NCBI RefSeq assembly: GCF_037042905.1 | Contig: NC_087245.1 | Location: forward strand, 22,384,001-22,448,000 | Length of the DNA stretch: 64,000 bases | Origin: Lytechinus pictus | Lineage: Eukaryota | Reading direction: 5' to 3' | In this document: positions 13,356-27,872 of the stretch, piece by piece | Position numbering within the stretch: the stretch's first letter is position 1 | How the letters are laid out: every line of letters begins with the position of its first letter | The notes under the pieces: model-generated | Told to the model about the DNA's origin: nothing | Databases searched by the model: none | The model's input: only the letters and a program-made list of their open reading frames with translations | Made by a program: the position numbers and the translations under genes

Positions 13356-13758
13356 GGTAAATTGCCAATTTGTCTACTGCCAACTCGTCCACTCACCACA
13401 TGGTCTAATTTCATTTAGTCTAATGCCATTCAGCCCATTAACATTTCGTCTAACAACCATTTGGTCCAATCATCACTTCTTCTAATCACTATTTCGTCTA
13501 TGACCATTTCGTCTCATAATCAGTTGGTCTAATATCCAATTCATTTTCATTCATGTTGCACAATTAACACTTAGTCCAATAGACCAAATGGTATATGGAC
13601 TAAATGGCTATTGGACCAACTGGTTATTAGATGAAATGGTGAGTGGGCGGATTGGCAATTAGACCATGTGGATAGTGGACGAAGTGTTGGTAGACCACAT
13701 GATAGTAGACAAGATTGGCAATTGGATGAATTGGTATTAGATGAATTGGAAATAAACC
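13356..13758. mobile_element. Foldback MITE with GG termini and about 8-bp TSD (Merlin-like)
   Basis: GGTAAATTGCCAATT ... AATTGGAAATAAACC; short GTCTA/TAGAC units inverted about the centre; flanks AATGCAGT and TATGCAGC. Confidence 0.6.
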
Positions 13759-14485
13759 TATGCAGCAGGGGGGGGGGGCAGGTGTGGCAGTTGCCCCTCC
13801 CAGAAAGTCTGGAAAAACTACATCTTTTTACTTGAAATTGTAACAAAATTCACAGAAATCCTTCAATTTCACTTTTAAAACTGCAAAAGCACTCCAATGA
13901 CAAGCTCAGTTGCTTCGCTCCCTTGCTTTCAATTTTCTTCAAAATATTTTACACGTCCTGCCCCCGCCCCAGGAAAAAATTCTGCATACGACCTTCCTAA
14001 TATTCATCAGTTCATACAATTACTGCTAGTTGAGTTACGAGGGATGGTTTGAGACTTCCAGATGCCCTTTTTGCCCCGTTCCTCACCCTTTTCCCCCCAT
14101 CTCGTCCAATCTTGCGGTTTGACTCTCTGCATGTGCTTAATTTTTTCTGACGGCTTCATGGTTAGACTTGGTGTTAGCTCCTATTTCCTGGCTATTTGGT
14201 TCATTCTCCCTGGAGTAGTAACAAACATGGTTAGTTACAATTTTCAGCATCCCTCAAGCACTTTGTCGTCATCTCTATAACAGGGATTCAATTTTTTAAG
14301 AATTAACTACAAAAAAGTGGTATTTCAAGATTTTTCTATTTCCGAAATGCAAAAAAAAGTTTTTACGAAATGAAAGTATTCCATATCTAATAAATAATTC
14401 TGTATTTTTATTTATCAAATTATGTAATCTGTAGCTTACTACAAGAAAGTACTTAGAGGTGTTTGTGTCTCAAATGTGTAGTTAA

Positions 14486-15068
14486 AGGGAAATGAAACCT
14501 TTGGAACAAGTAGGCGTGTGTCGGAACAGAAAAATAAAAGAATGAGAACAAAGAAAGTTTGAGAAAAATCGGACAAATAATGGGAAAGTTATGAGTATTT
14601 GAATATTGCAATCACTAATGCTATGGAGATCCTCCTATTGGCAATGCGACAAGGATGTGTGATGTCACATGTGAACAACTTTCCCTTTGATGGACTATAA
14701 AATACCCTCAAAATGTATCTTTTTGCTTTTTCTTATTGTGATACAAACTCTTTATCCATGATGTATCCTTTAAAAAGCTGTATTACATGCCCTCCTCTAG
14801 AAAGAACACATGATCTACTGATAGATGTGATAAAAGAGGCAATTTAAGTGATATATACTAAAGTAATTGGGAGAGTTGTTCACAAGTGACATCACACATC
14901 TTTGTCGCATTGTCAATTTGAGGATCTCCATAGCATTAGTGATCGCAATATTCAAATGCTCATAACTTTCTCATTATTTGTCCAATTTTTGTCAAACTTT
15001 CGTTGATCTGTTTCTTTGATTTTTCTATTTTTACACAAGCTATCTTGTTCCAAAGGTTTCATTCTCCT
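14486..15068. mobile_element. Kolobok-like MITE
   Basis: TTAA on both sides, AGG terminus, long imperfect inverted arms (AATGAAACCTTTGGAACAAG / CTTGTTCCAAAGGTTTCATT). Confidence 0.8.
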
Positions 15069-16705
15069 TTAAGTTTATGTAATGGTATGCAAGGGCTATA
15101 ATCATCAGATTGATTACAATGCCCTTTAATTATTATGAAATTTTCATTCTATCACAATCACATTACATGATTACTGTTTTTGTTTGGTTTGGAATACTTG
15201 CATTTGAAATTCATAACTGAATACTAAAATAAAAAAGAAGAAGCACATTTGATAAAGGGTATCAGAATTTCAAAACCTATGAAGAAACTCTATAAAACTT
15301 CTCTTGAATTATCAGATAATAGAACACATGTTAATGCCCTTAAGAATAAACAATTTTTACAAATATGAAGAAAATTTGATACATGAAATACTGAGTAGAG
15401 ACAATTAAGCTGAGAATTATTAGCATTATGGTTACTTTACAATAAGGAGAGTAAGTACATGTAATACATAATGCTCAATGTTTTTCAATCTGCTTTAAAA
15501 ATTATGTAACCTTCAGTATAGACATTAACATAATTTCTAAGACAGATAACAAACATTTCATCAAGGAGATAGTAATTGTCTATTTCCTAACCTTAAATGA
15601 AGAAAGAGAAGATGCATCTGTCCATTTCCCTGCTACAGATTCTCAACCAAGCATTATCTCCTTGCGTCGCATCACAGGAAACGCTCGTTTGGGGCGGACT
15701 TTTTCTAAATGGAATGATCTTCCCCTCCCCCTAAATTTCTATCTAGTCAAAGCTTGTTGAAGATTACGTGATCATATTTCCCCCTTCTCTTCCCCTGCTC
15801 AAATCTAATTTGAGTTCAGTGCTTTGTTTGTATGACTGTGAACCCAGCTTCTGAAGCCAGAGGTGTAATGCAATATTCTGTGAAGAGTTGTTGAGTCATT
15901 GTCGGGCAGATTGTTTTTGTTCAAAATCATGTAGTTTTAAACTTTTCTTTCCTTCTTTATCACACCTTTATGGAATGTTAATATCCCACTTTTTTAATCA
16001 ACCAGATCACAGTTTTGATAAATCAAAATTCTACACTTTTGAACCAATCCTTTGATTTATAACCTCAATCCATATTTCCAATTGTCTTCATCATTTTGTT
16101 CCCTTCCCAATACTATAAATCTATCTCCATAATTATGATCATTTGTATCCACCACTTTCAAATTGATTTTTTTTTCTCATGTTTCTTCAAGTGCAGATTT
16201 TCTATTCTAAGATTCTAGAATAATGTTTCATTATCATTCGAATCAATGAATATTAATACAAAAACTTTTAGACAAGTTTCAAAGCTTAAACTTAATGGCC
16301 GAGAGTCAAAAATATGTTTTGATCTACACAGAAGTGCTGTTCCAAAAGTGACAAAGACATGCTTTGAGTGACAGTTTACTCAAGTTCATGATCCAACAAG
16401 GATCTTTCCCCCTCTCTTGTTTACTCTTCATACAAGATCTCTATACTTGTTTATTATAAAATCAGAGGAAAATCTCTCTCACCAGTAAATTGACATTTGA
16501 ACCTGTGGATTTTAGAAACACATCTTTTGGCATAAATAAGAAGTTTTGTTTTGATAGGGTATAGTCACTCACATTCTTTTTTACAAACGTCTGTCAGTGA
16601 GGAAGAGTCATGATCCTAGACACCCGCTGGCTAAAGGCGAACTCTTCCCCCTCAAATCAGGTCTTCCCAGGGACCTGGTTAGTGATAGACTTACTTCAAG
16701 ATCAT

Positions 16706-17231
16706 ATGCTTTTCACACTGCATTTCCTTAACCCCATACTATCCTTAACCCCATACTATCCTTAACCCCGGACTATCCTTAACCCCAAACTATCTTTTTT
16801 TCGATTCACACTGTCTTTCTTAACCCCATACTATTTGCTTAGCCGGGTAGCCGGGGTTAACGCCTTAACCCCGGGCAATCACACAGCTCATAAATATTGA
16901 TGACTTTACCATACAGAGCGCGAATAATGTGCAATTTCGACTTCTGTGATTGGCTAATGCTTAGCCCCACTTTTCCTTAGCCCTGTTTCGTTTTACACTG
17001 CATCTCTTAGCACCGCAATTGTGGTGCTAGCACCACAATAAGCCGGCTAACCCTGCTTTTTTGCAGGGCCAGATAGTACCGTACTATTTACTGTGCTAGC
17101 CCATATGCTAAAACGTAGTGTGAAAACAAAGTGGGCTAAGCTTAACCCCGGGAAATTGGTGGGGCTAAGACCCCCCCTTAGCCCCACCAATTTCCTGGGG
17201 TTAAGGGAAAAAAGTGCAGTGTGAAAAGCAT
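16706..17231. mobile_element. TAACCCC-repeat MITE, relative of 6967-7519
   Basis: TIR ATGCTTTTCACACTGCA / TGCAGTGTGAAAAGCAT; 18-bp tandem CCTTAACCCCATACTAT-type units. Confidence 0.8.
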
Positions 17232-17425
17232 ATTAGTAACTTTCTTCACCCTACAACTTTGTGATACTGTACTCTGGACAAGTTACAGTACATATATGTA
17301 GATACAAATATGTAATAATGAATGTTAATTCCTCAAAATCTTCTTTTTAAATTTCTCAATATTTTTCAAACAGATTTTAAGATAATTTGTTAAGTTAAAA
17401 AAAAAAAAATCTTAGATAGCTTATA

Positions 17426-18115
17426 AGCCCCCTCACACCTGACTGAATGTAGGCGGATGAAGGGTGACGAATGGGAAAAATGCACGCGAATTCAACGAAT
17501 TCAAATAAAATTTCCGTCAAATCATGCGATCAGTAACTATTGTCAAATTTTATCAACAAACGGTAAGCGAAGGATAAATATGACATGCAAAGGATATGAT
17601 TTTTCGGTTCACCTCTTTGAGTAAATTGCAGCCAAAGGCGAGCGAAGGGTTGATATAACCCAATAAGACGAACAAATAGTGAGCAATGGTTAGATATGGC
17701 ATGCGATTAGAAACGAAGACGAGGGAATAGATTGGGCGTTCTTGTACGTTTGTGTCATCATGTTGCTTCGTTAAGGGTTATTTCAAGATCGGTCCACTTC
17801 GGCAAAAGCGCGATGAGGGACTATGCGTGACAATAACACACAAACGATTACCGCAGACTAAATAAGAGATGCGAATTCAAACAGATGACCAACGATTTTT
17901 CAATTCGTCAGGAAATTTTAAACATGTTCAAAATTTCCGCACGAATTTGAATAATCGCAGCTGTTAGTTCAGAAGGTGTACGTCTGTACGAACCCAAACA
18001 CGAAGGGTAAATATGATTAACTATCAGTAACCATTGAAAACGATTTTCACAAAAATGCCTTTCGCCAGCCATCGCAAGGCATATTTCAGGCAATTCGGTT
18101 AGGTGTGAGGGGGCC
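17426..18115. mobile_element. PIF/Harbinger-like MITE
   Basis: TIR GCCCCCTCACACCTGACTGAAT / ATTCGGTTAGGTGTGAGGGGGC in A/T-rich flanks; CpG-richer interior than flanks. Confidence 0.75.
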
Positions 18116-19249
18116 TTTAGATCAGACTATCCTGTGGAACAGGTATGGGAGAAGACAGTGAAGAATGATGTGGATTAAAGTAATCCGAGATGGCATATTT
18201 ATTCGTGGATCAAGATTATGATCTTCTACTAGAAAAAAATGGATTAACTTTTTAACCTTAATTGATCATGGATATATGCAATGACTTCATGCCATTTTAC
18301 TTCAAGTTTCCGTCAGGTAGGCATTTAGGGGATCATTGCTGCATGGGGCAGATATTGGTAAACAAGTAGTGAAACAAATATTTTCTTTTAATTTCATTAT
18401 AACTTTATAATTACTGTAAACATTTATCATACCTGCAAAAAGTGGGAGATGTTTTAAATTCCAGTCTAAAAAAAACTACTGTGACCATTAGATTACTTTT
18501 CATCTCCTGATTCATTGTGAAAATGTGAATTTTACTACTGAAAAGATTCTGCAATAACTCTTGGTATTATCATTTTTATTTTTAAAAAGCCCTTTAATCA
18601 CTTGTCTCTCGATAACTCTGTAAGAAGGTTATTTACAAAGAGCACATCTTGGAATTGTTGTCCCATTCCATATTCAAGACATGGTTTAATATACCAAAAT
18701 GAAGACATGGGCAAATTATCTGGAATGCAACTTTTATGCAAATCATGCATTTTGTTTGTAATTTTACAATGTATATTTTCAACAAGAAATGTTATACTTA
18801 CCCCTCATCATTCTTATTACAGTGCATTTTTTCCCTTTCCTCTTTCAGCTGCTCGAACCACCACCCCATCCCCTTAATATTCCACATGAATGACCTCATC
18901 TCACGTGACAGTGTTGTTACACATGAATGTACATTTCCATTAAAGCAGAGACCTCCCTGAATATAGTAACACAACTTTGTATGTCAATATGTTTTTGTCA
19001 CATTTATTCCCAAGCTACATTTCAGCACAGATGAGGCACAAAGACAGTGAATAAACATAAAAAATTAAGATCTTTATCGCAAAAACATTTTCATTCCCAA
19101 TCCTGTTTCACGCACTGAAGTGAGAATTTTCTGAAGCATTTATGAATGCGATCTACCCTTTCTTTCAACAACAATATAGGCCTACAATTATATATCCATG
19201 TCTGACCTGGGCCTGCCTCAGCCTTAATGTGTGAAAGCACTAAATATAA

Positions 19250-19450
19250 CACTATGGTGTTAAAGTAAATAGAATACACCAATCAGTGTTGCAGGATGGA
19301 GTTTGATTGTAACACCAAACAGAGTCGAACAAACAATTAGCACCGATGAGTGTTTGAACCAACACCTTGAATTGAGTATTGGTGAAAATGTTTGGTGCAG
19401 TCCTCTCACATCAACTAGTGTAGTGATAACACCACTGATCTTGCAGCGCT
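19250..19450. mobile_element. Degenerate GGTGTT/AACACC-repeat element, related to 20699-20980
   Basis: Repeated AACACC words; shares GTCCTCT...ATCAACT...GTGTA with about 20926-20950. Confidence 0.35.
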
Positions 19451-20698
19451 TTGGCCAACCAAAAAAAAAATCGGGCAAGAGCTTCTTCAGGTCCACCAAT
19501 ATGACCAAGGCAGGTCTAATTTTGCTATGAAAGAGATGTCTGTACGAAAGTATAAACTCTATCATTCTATTCAACAGATATTTCTTCGTATTTCAGGTAA
19601 TTAATTTCCTTCAACGGGCTTGAACAGCACAGCACAGTCCAAATACAATGAGAAAGTGGCAAAACAAAAATTAGCTGTCAACAATACAGTGGATGATGGG
19701 GGAGAGGGGGGGGGGGGCATGAGGGGAAAAAAGAGAGGAAAAAGAGAGAGATAGGGAAAGTGGGATCCAAACTTGATGGAGAAAAAATGTGGGCAATTAT
19801 TATTCATTGAATGATATTGGAATTCCGATTAATACTACATCTTCCCAAGATATTATACAGGTTGATGTACATTGGGTTTCTATTGGAATTACAAGAGACC
19901 TCCCACATTCAAGATCTGCCTCACTCACTCTACCACCAATATGAGTCCAATGAAAAAAAATAAGTATTTGGATTTTGTTTGTTTCTATCTTTCTTTGATC
20001 TTTCTTTGTTTTGGGGTGAGGTTTTATATTAAACCAGTGAACTTGCAAGTTATTGACTTTTCTGCATTATCAACATTTATTGCATTGATCTAATGAAGAT
20101 GGTAATCTATTAATGCAGAAGTATCCATTTAAAATGATTTCCTCTTTCATTTCCAACGTAAATGTGATAATTGTATTTATTTGTAAATGCAATTTAAACC
20201 ATGAGTGATATCATTGTGAAGTAGGATGATTTGGAAAAAATATTTCTACTTTTGGCATTTTCCAGAATCAAATCACTCATCAAGGTAATTTTGCAAAAAT
20301 ATTTATACTTCTGGCTTTTTCAGAATCAAATCCTTCCTATAACAATGACTTGTTATAAAATCCAATCATGCGATAATATTAATAAACAATGCTTTCAGTG
20401 ACTTCAATTTTCATACAAATCGGTCATTTTTAAGCATCGATTCAATTCTGGGTTTTGAATATTGTGAATGTTTTCAAGCTGTGTGAATCTTTATCACAGA
20501 CTTTGTCTAATTGTCAAAAAGGAAAATAATCACAGACCTTATATTTTGCCTCTTGCTTGATTAATATCTATCAAACATTTTGATATATAAATATTAATAA
20601 ACTTCATAACAATTTAGTATTGCATTTGTCTTACTACTGACTATCACCCCCCCCCCTCCCCCAAAAAAAAATGACAATAGGAAACTGTAACAAATTAA

Positions 20699-20980
20699 CA
20701 CTGTAAAAACTAAGGTGTTTAGATCAGAACCAGTTGGTGTTATCAAGGACCTACCATGGTGTTATGAGAGGACTGCATTAATCTCAGAGGTGTTAATAAG
20801 AAATACATGGTGGAAATGGAATTTGAAATATAGTAACACCAAACACTGTCAATATATCAAACAGAATAACACCAATGGGAGTTGAACACCAAGTCCATAG
20901 GTACGAGTGTAAAATGCTTGTTGTTGTCCTCTATCAACTGACTGGTGTATGCTAACTTTTAACACCTCTGTTTTGGCAGG
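20699..20980. mobile_element. Degenerate CACTG-ended (EnSpm/CMC-like) MITE
   Basis: Starts CACTGTAAAAA; GGTGTT repeats in the left half, AACACC in the right half; right end decayed. Confidence 0.5.
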
Positions 20981-22090
20981 AAAGAGCCTACTTTATATAG
21001 CAAAGGGCATTAAGCATTTATCATTATAAAGATGTGAAATGTGCTTTTACAAGAATGACATGTGATACATTTACCAACTAGTAAAAGGCCCAGAAGATCT
21101 GAAAACATTTAACACATCATCACAAATTTGTATTCTAATTTTCTGAACATTGGTCAATGTATTTTTTCTGAAAAGTTCATGAAAAAAAGAAATGGACTAA
21201 CTAGGTGAAAGATTTTGAAAATAACTGACAACATCCATGACTATTCTTGACATTCAAAATGGTTTTAATGTAATTAGTCTATCTGTCAGGTTCATACAAG
21301 GTCTTCCGTATCATATAAAAATGTCACGAGAGTATATGTAATAAGGAAATATACAAGTCGACAAATTTAGAATTATTTTAGGAAACACAAAAGTGCAAAT
21401 TTCAGAACCAATTTGATAAAACTCATGGATATTCAAGTAGAAAAAAGGGTGTATTAAAATAAAGTTCTACATGATTCTATTAGTGTAAAGCCTTTTTGGC
21501 TCTCAGCAGATAGGTAGATTTGCATAAGACATTTTTCTAATCAAAACCCTTTTAGGGGCTGTCTTTCCTTTCAATTTGGGGCCATTACTGAATATTGGGG
21601 GGTTATTTCTTTCATTTCAAGGACTATTTTTCTGCAAAAATGCATAATAATGCAGTTAATTCAAGATATCATTATTCTGTCATATGTAGAACATTGATTT
21701 TCTAAATAAATATTGTGTTTGGCAGACCTTAAGGAGACTCTAGAAAGATGGTTAACCAAAAGCATTCCATTTGGAGAATTTTAGGGGTGGGATGGGCAGT
21801 GATACGGATGAAATCACCTGTCGCCCTCATGTTATATTGCCTACACTACTCAAAACAATAACATATTTCATATTCTTTATATTTCCATCCATACTTATTG
21901 ATGAATATGTGCAGTGAATTAACTCCTATACTAATAAAAAAAGATGCTGGTATGAAATAGCATTAACGGAAATGATCATTTCTCATTATTTTGATGATTC
22001 GGTATCGTTGTGATTGTCACCCAACTATTATATGGTATGGTTCATTTTCCAATCATTTTTTAGACAAGAACGAATCGACAGGGGCTGCTG

Positions 22091-22472
22091 CCCAGGGGGG
22101 CCAGTCAAATATATTGCTGTTCACATGCGTGACAAAAAAAAAACGTGTCTAAAGGGGTGTTTTTTTTAGTTTTGGACGCAGGCCACGCGTGCACTCGTTA
22201 AGGGTATCAAAAATACACATTTTCAAAAAAAAGGTGGGTTTGAAAGACTGGTCAATGGTCAAACATTTTTAGGGTATTTTTTCTAAAGCTTTTAGGGGTC
22301 ATATTCCCGGCAACAACTTGTTTAGGGACCAAAATGTGTAAATTAAGCCCGCGAAAAACTTGTTTAGGAGGTTATTTTGCACAGAGAAAAACTTGTTTAG
22401 GGGGTGTTTGGAAATAATTTGATCACGCATGTGTACAGCAATACATTTGACTGCCCCCCCCCCCCAGGGGGG
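22091..22472. mobile_element. MULE-like MITE, sister subfamily of 12187-12790
   Basis: TIR CCCAGGGGGGCCAGTCAAATATATTGCTG...; flanks GGGGCTGCTG / GGGGCTGTTG (9-10 bp near-duplicate); TGTTTAGGG subrepeats. Confidence 0.75.
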
Positions 22473-24129
22473 GGGGCTGTTGCTTTGCTGCAATCAGAAT
22501 GTTGCAGAATGGGTTGCATTGAGAACACTACTAAAAAAACAAGCGCAAGTCCCAAATGCACACTTTCAATTGGATGAAAATCAAAGTTGCGTTAGATTTA
22601 TGGAGTTGCATTTTATTGCATTTCTTTCTCTGACTGGTTAAGGTCTAAAAAAAGAGCCTGTCTATACATCCACCTTGCTGATAAGCTTATTTAAGTTTAT
22701 GAAATCACCAATAACATATTTCATGGTACGATATGCTCCAAAATCTAAAAATACACACCTTTCAGCCCTAAATAGTAGCCTATCCAGGGATATAATTTCC
22801 TTAACCATATCACAAGGCATCTCAAGTCACTAAATGTTCACACGCAAGTCGCAGTGTTCCTGCAAATTAGTAAATCACACAAACCCGGCAATGTGTTTTT
22901 CAAAAATAGTCCGATTTTGAAGATAGAGTCATGTTTTGGTGTGTAGGGGTGATGTTAATAAGGTGAAGAGTGATGAGGATTTTAGTATCTAGGCCAGGAA
23001 CCGATGCGTCATGTTGTTATGAGGAGAAGGGCCCAGGTAAGAAAGGGTCCTGGATAAGATGGCTGATGTTTGGAGATGAATGTATGTACTTGGGTCCTGT
23101 TCACATTCATCAAATAATGTCAACATGCTCACTTCTATCGCTTTTCATCGTTTAGAAATGGTATTGTCCTGTTCGCATTCATCGCACTGATATAGACTCC
23201 GGCATTAATTCTTTCTTGGTCTTTTTAGTTAGAACTTAAGATAAAAAAATAATGTATTATGGGTCCTGTTCACATTTATCATGGAGAGGTGTTCATTCCT
23301 TCCTCTATATCTTTTCTTTATATATTTTTTTTTCAATAAAAGGACAAAAATATTAACTTGATGAGGTTCACTCCTACATCATTTTTTGTTTGTTTGAGAG
23401 AAAGATATGGGTTTTTTCATATTCATTTTGTAAAGGTGTCCTCTACTCTAATTTTTTGTTTTGTTTCACTTTTTTTTGGGGGGGGGTAGTCTGCTAGATG
23501 TACAGTCCCGTTCGTATCCATCAATGTCCACTTTCTATTCATGTATCTTTTCTTTCAGATCAACAAGCTTTAAACTTCAAAATGTGAATCACTACTCAAT
23601 GTATTTCATTTTAGTCAGAGCAGTTATACATGTGGAAAGAAAAAAAGCCATTCCCTCATATGGACCATATATGCATTTTTAATCATAAAGTTGGCATGAC
23701 TTTCATAATTTTTCCCAAATAGATAGTAATGTATTGTCATATCTGTCATATTTCAAAGAACATTATTTTCCAACTGCATGTTAGCTCACGTGAGTGCTAA
23801 AGCACAAGTGTTTGTTTAGTGAGCAACCAAGGGACACATTTTCATAATTTTATGCAGTAATGGGGATTCATTTCTTTAATACACAACAATGATGAAGCAA
23901 TTCTAACACAGGGGCAATTGTTTGGTTAATGACGACATAATTTTGATCCAGGATATGGTCATTTTGAAGGCCATGCACTGCTTTATCACTAATTATGCTG
24001 ATTATACACTGAAGTAGGGACGTGGCAGCCCCACAAATAATAAAAAATACACAAGTTAATTATCAATACTTCAGTTTGTATTTTCCTATTCCTGATTCAA
24101 ATTTTATTAGTAGTTTCATGTCTGTCCTG

Positions 24130-24258
24130 GGTCCCGTAACACAAAGGTTAGCGATTGATCGTACGCTTGATTTTCACGATTGATTGTACATTGTAGTCAA
24201 TGCAATCAATCGTAGAAAAATGTTCTACGATCATTGCTAAGCTTTGTGTTACGGGCCC
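24130..24258. mobile_element. Harbinger-like MITE with CTG TSD
   Basis: CTG|GGTCCCGTAACACAAAG ... CTTTGTGTTACGGGCCC|CTG. Confidence 0.8.
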
Positions 24259-25145
24259 CTGAGGAATAAAATATGATGATAATATTGTACCTTTTCTAAT
24301 GTAGCTCAAATTTTGTCCTGCCAATAGGTTGGTTTATCCTGCCAAAATCTTTGCGACATTGAAGATGTCCACATTTCCAAGAGTGGGGCCAGTGTCTCAT
24401 GGTTGTAAAAAGTTGTTAAACTTAACCTGTTGCAACTGTGCTGTAGACATGCCATGTGTGCCTTACTATCTGTTAGCTTTTCTCTTTCATTCACTCCCCT
24501 TTCCCCATGTCTCTGATTTTTTTTTTTCAATGACCTACCACTCAAACTCCACAATAGAAACAATGGTCCCCACATTTACACTTGGAGTTGTCCATTAAAG
24601 ACCACAGATAAGTAATCCAAACCTCTTCTTCATAATCCATACTCACTCCACACTCATCCGGTCTTTGGAGTAGGGCTTAGTCCCGGCGCCGTCAAATGGA
24701 AACTTTTGGACAAACATCTGTCAGTACTGTTAGCCAGTTGGACCATAACAAACAATCTTCCACAGAATCGTTGTATTACGGTTTTACTAGCCCCATTATC
24801 ATGTCTATCCAGAAACATAATGGTAATTAAATTTCAGTAGAATTTATCAACAAACTGAAAATTGAAAACAGTTAGCTAAACTGTTATGTTGTGGACCCAA
24901 TGTTTATTTCCTATTTAACATCTACAGGGAATCGGGGAAAATATTTCTCTGATATTTACATTCTTCATTCTCTGATTGTGTATAATTCATCAGACTTTTC
25001 CTTTATTTTTCTGCCTTTGTCTCTTTCTGTCATCAAGACAGTGTCTGTTCAATCAGGATCAAAATGTCTTTGACAACCCTCAAGAGATATATCATGTATG
25101 TCATATATCACTTGACAAACACAATCAAGCCACACATTGCTTTAA

Positions 25146-25539
25146 AGCTAAATGAACGTAGTTGCAGTAAAACACTGATTTCGTGAGAAAGTCTGTAAAA
25201 CCAAGGTAAAGTATTAATATATCATCGTGGATTTAGATCTGGTACAGTTACATAAACTGAACTTTGTGAAATCATAATATCTAGCTAAAAAACGATCACA
25301 CTGAAGATCGCCAACACAGATAGGCACATGTGTGACAGTGTATTATTATTGCTGGAATAAAGATCCGACGGAAGTGACCGAATCCGCGCTTATTTTGCTT
25401 ATTTCTCAGCAATTACACAATTTCTTCTAGAATCCTTTGGCACATATTTTTTATTCATACAAACAGACACTTTGGTGATCATTATATTAAATTCTGTAAA
25501 AAGTCATTTTGAGATTGTTCCCACAACTGGAATTTATCT
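25146..25539. mobile_element. Kolobok-like non-autonomous element
   Basis: TTAA|AGCTAAAT ... ATTTATCT|TTAA with short imperfect TIR. Confidence 0.55.
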
Positions 25540-26203
25540 TTAACATATCTATTCATTCAAAAACCATTAGATCTCAATTCTTATTCTCCCCATCACCACC
25601 TTAACTTCCTGAGTCCTTCACACGTACAAACAACATTAATCACTATCTTTCAATCCTAGCATGAAAATATATTTTGAAGAAAATGTGGTGTTTTCAAGAT
25701 GAATTCAAATAAAAGATACCAATATTGAAGAGTGATTTATTACTATTTTGTTCATTAGTGTTATGTATTCCATAACACCACTCCCACTCCATGAATAACT
25801 CCAAGGAACTCTATAGATTTTAAGTAGACACCAAAGCCTGTCTTATTCCTTGGTAAAGATTCAATAGTGTGAATTATGTTGTCCATTTGTTTCTTTGTGA
25901 AAATTGAATTTTACAGATTAATAAAAGTTGGCCCCCTCTCTCATAATGTTTATATTTTTTCTAAATAAAGGCCTTTCAAACAATTTTCTTACAAATTTAG
26001 AAAGATATATATAATTTTTGGCCCATTAAATGCATTACAAGTAGTTTTGTAGAAACTATGCATTTATTATATTCAGACATCAAAAATGAAATTGTAAATT
26101 TAACCAGTTGAAAAATATTTTTGAGATGACGTTTTCATGAAATGCTCTTTTATTTTCAAGTCTGTCAATGAATCAAAACTTTGAAAATTATTTTGATAAT
26201 TAA

Positions 26204-26787
26204 AGGAGAATGAAACTCTTGGAGCAAGTTAGCTTTTGTGAAAGCAGAAAAATCAAAGAATAAGATCATCAAAAGTTTGAGTAAAATAGGACTAGCAGTA
26301 GAAGAGTTATGAGCATTTGAATGTCGAGATCACTAATGCTATGGAGATCCTCTCATTGGCAACGCAACCAAGATCTATGATATCACAGATGAACAACTCT
26401 CCCCTTTTGGACACTGAAAATATACCCCAAAACATCTCTTTTTGCTCATTCTAATCATATGACAAACGATTCATCAATGATATAATGTTGTGAAACCTCT
26501 GTACTTGTCCTCTCATAAAGAGAACACCTCACCTTGTGATAGATTCTATAAAAGTGAGAATATAAGTGAAATAAGTACTAAAGCAATGAGGGATTTGTAC
26601 GTGTGTGACATCACAGATCTTGGTCGCATTGCCAATGGGAGGATCTACATGGCATTAGTGATCTCAATATTCAAATGCTCATAACTTTCTTATTATTCAT
26701 TCAATCTTCCTCAAACTTTCAACAATATGTTTCTTTGATTTTTCTCTTTGATATGGATTCAGCTGGTTTCAAGGGTTTCATTCTCCT
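26204..26787. mobile_element. Kolobok-like MITE, same family as 14486-15068
   Basis: TTAA|AGGAGAATGAAAC ... GTTTCATTCTCCT|TTAA; shared CACTAATGCTATGGAGATCC block. Confidence 0.8.
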
Positions 26788-26854
26788 TTAACTTTGATTA
26801 GATTTCATTAGACATGTAAGCTTTTATATCAAAGACAGAGCTTCATACATTTTT

Positions 26855-27056
26855 ATGCTTTTCACACTTCACTTATTTTCCTTAACCCCAGGAAATTGGT
26901 GGGGCTAAGGGGGGGTCTTAGCCCTAACAATTTCCCGGGGTTAAGCTTAGCCCACTTCGTTTTCACACTACACTACGAAAAAAAGATAGTATGGGGTTAA
27001 GGATAGTCTGGGGTTAAGGATAGTATGGGGTTAAGGAAATGCAGTGTGAAAAGCAT
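26855..27056. mobile_element. Internally deleted, inverted copy of the 16706-17231 MITE
   Basis: Same ATGCTTTTCACAC TIR; sequence is the reverse complement of the two ends of 16706-17231 joined together. Confidence 0.8.
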
Positions 27057-27692
27057 ATTTTTTAACAAGCAAAAACCTAAGTATTGCAGAAAAAACACAA
27101 AAATAAATTGTATTACTTGAACCTGTGGAAGCTTTAAGTCAAGTTGAAAACCAAACTAACCACAACACCATAGATTGAATTGGAATTTATGACTACAGAG
27201 ACATTGGTTTTATTATTCTATTATGCTTACCACACAGGAAATATAAGATCAGATACTTAACCAAACCCTTCTCATAAAATAGATTAAACTACCATCCTTC
27301 CTCCAAAACAGACGTATCAAAATGGTCAATTAATATTCAACCAGCACGAAATAAGGTCGTAAAAATAGAATGTGGCATCTCACAAAATAAGATCGGAATT
27401 GTCCATTAAAGCCTGTCTAAAGCTTTGGTAAAAGTACTCACATTGAAATCAGAATAATTTATAACTAAAGTCATGGTCCTCAAGGATAAAAAAATAACAA
27501 TAAAATTTAGGCCATCAAGAAGTGAAAAACTTCAAAATTCAACAAATAAATATAAACAATGTACATCTAATTCTGAGGTAGGGAGACAGAAAGAAACTTT
27601 TGTGTTTCTTTTTTTTTATTACCTTACAATTGCCTTTGTTTTAGTTTTGAAGTATTAAAGCAGAATTAAAAGAGCACTATAATAAAACATTA

Positions 27693-27872
27693 CACTGTAA
27701 AAACGCTGTTTAAAATTTTAAGCACGTTGCTTAAGCCCGTCACTCTAACAACTATTGTTTAAACTTTTTAAACCAGTTGTTTAAAAAGTTTTAACACTTA
27801 CAAAAAAAATTTAAACAACCTTATGTTAGAGTGACAGGCTTTAACAATGTGCTATTCTTTTTTCCTACAGTG
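27693..27872. mobile_element. CACTG-ended EnSpm/CMC-like MITE
   Basis: TA|CACTGTA ... TACAGTG|TA; internal inverted GTCACTCTAACA / TGTTAGAGTGAC. Confidence 0.7.
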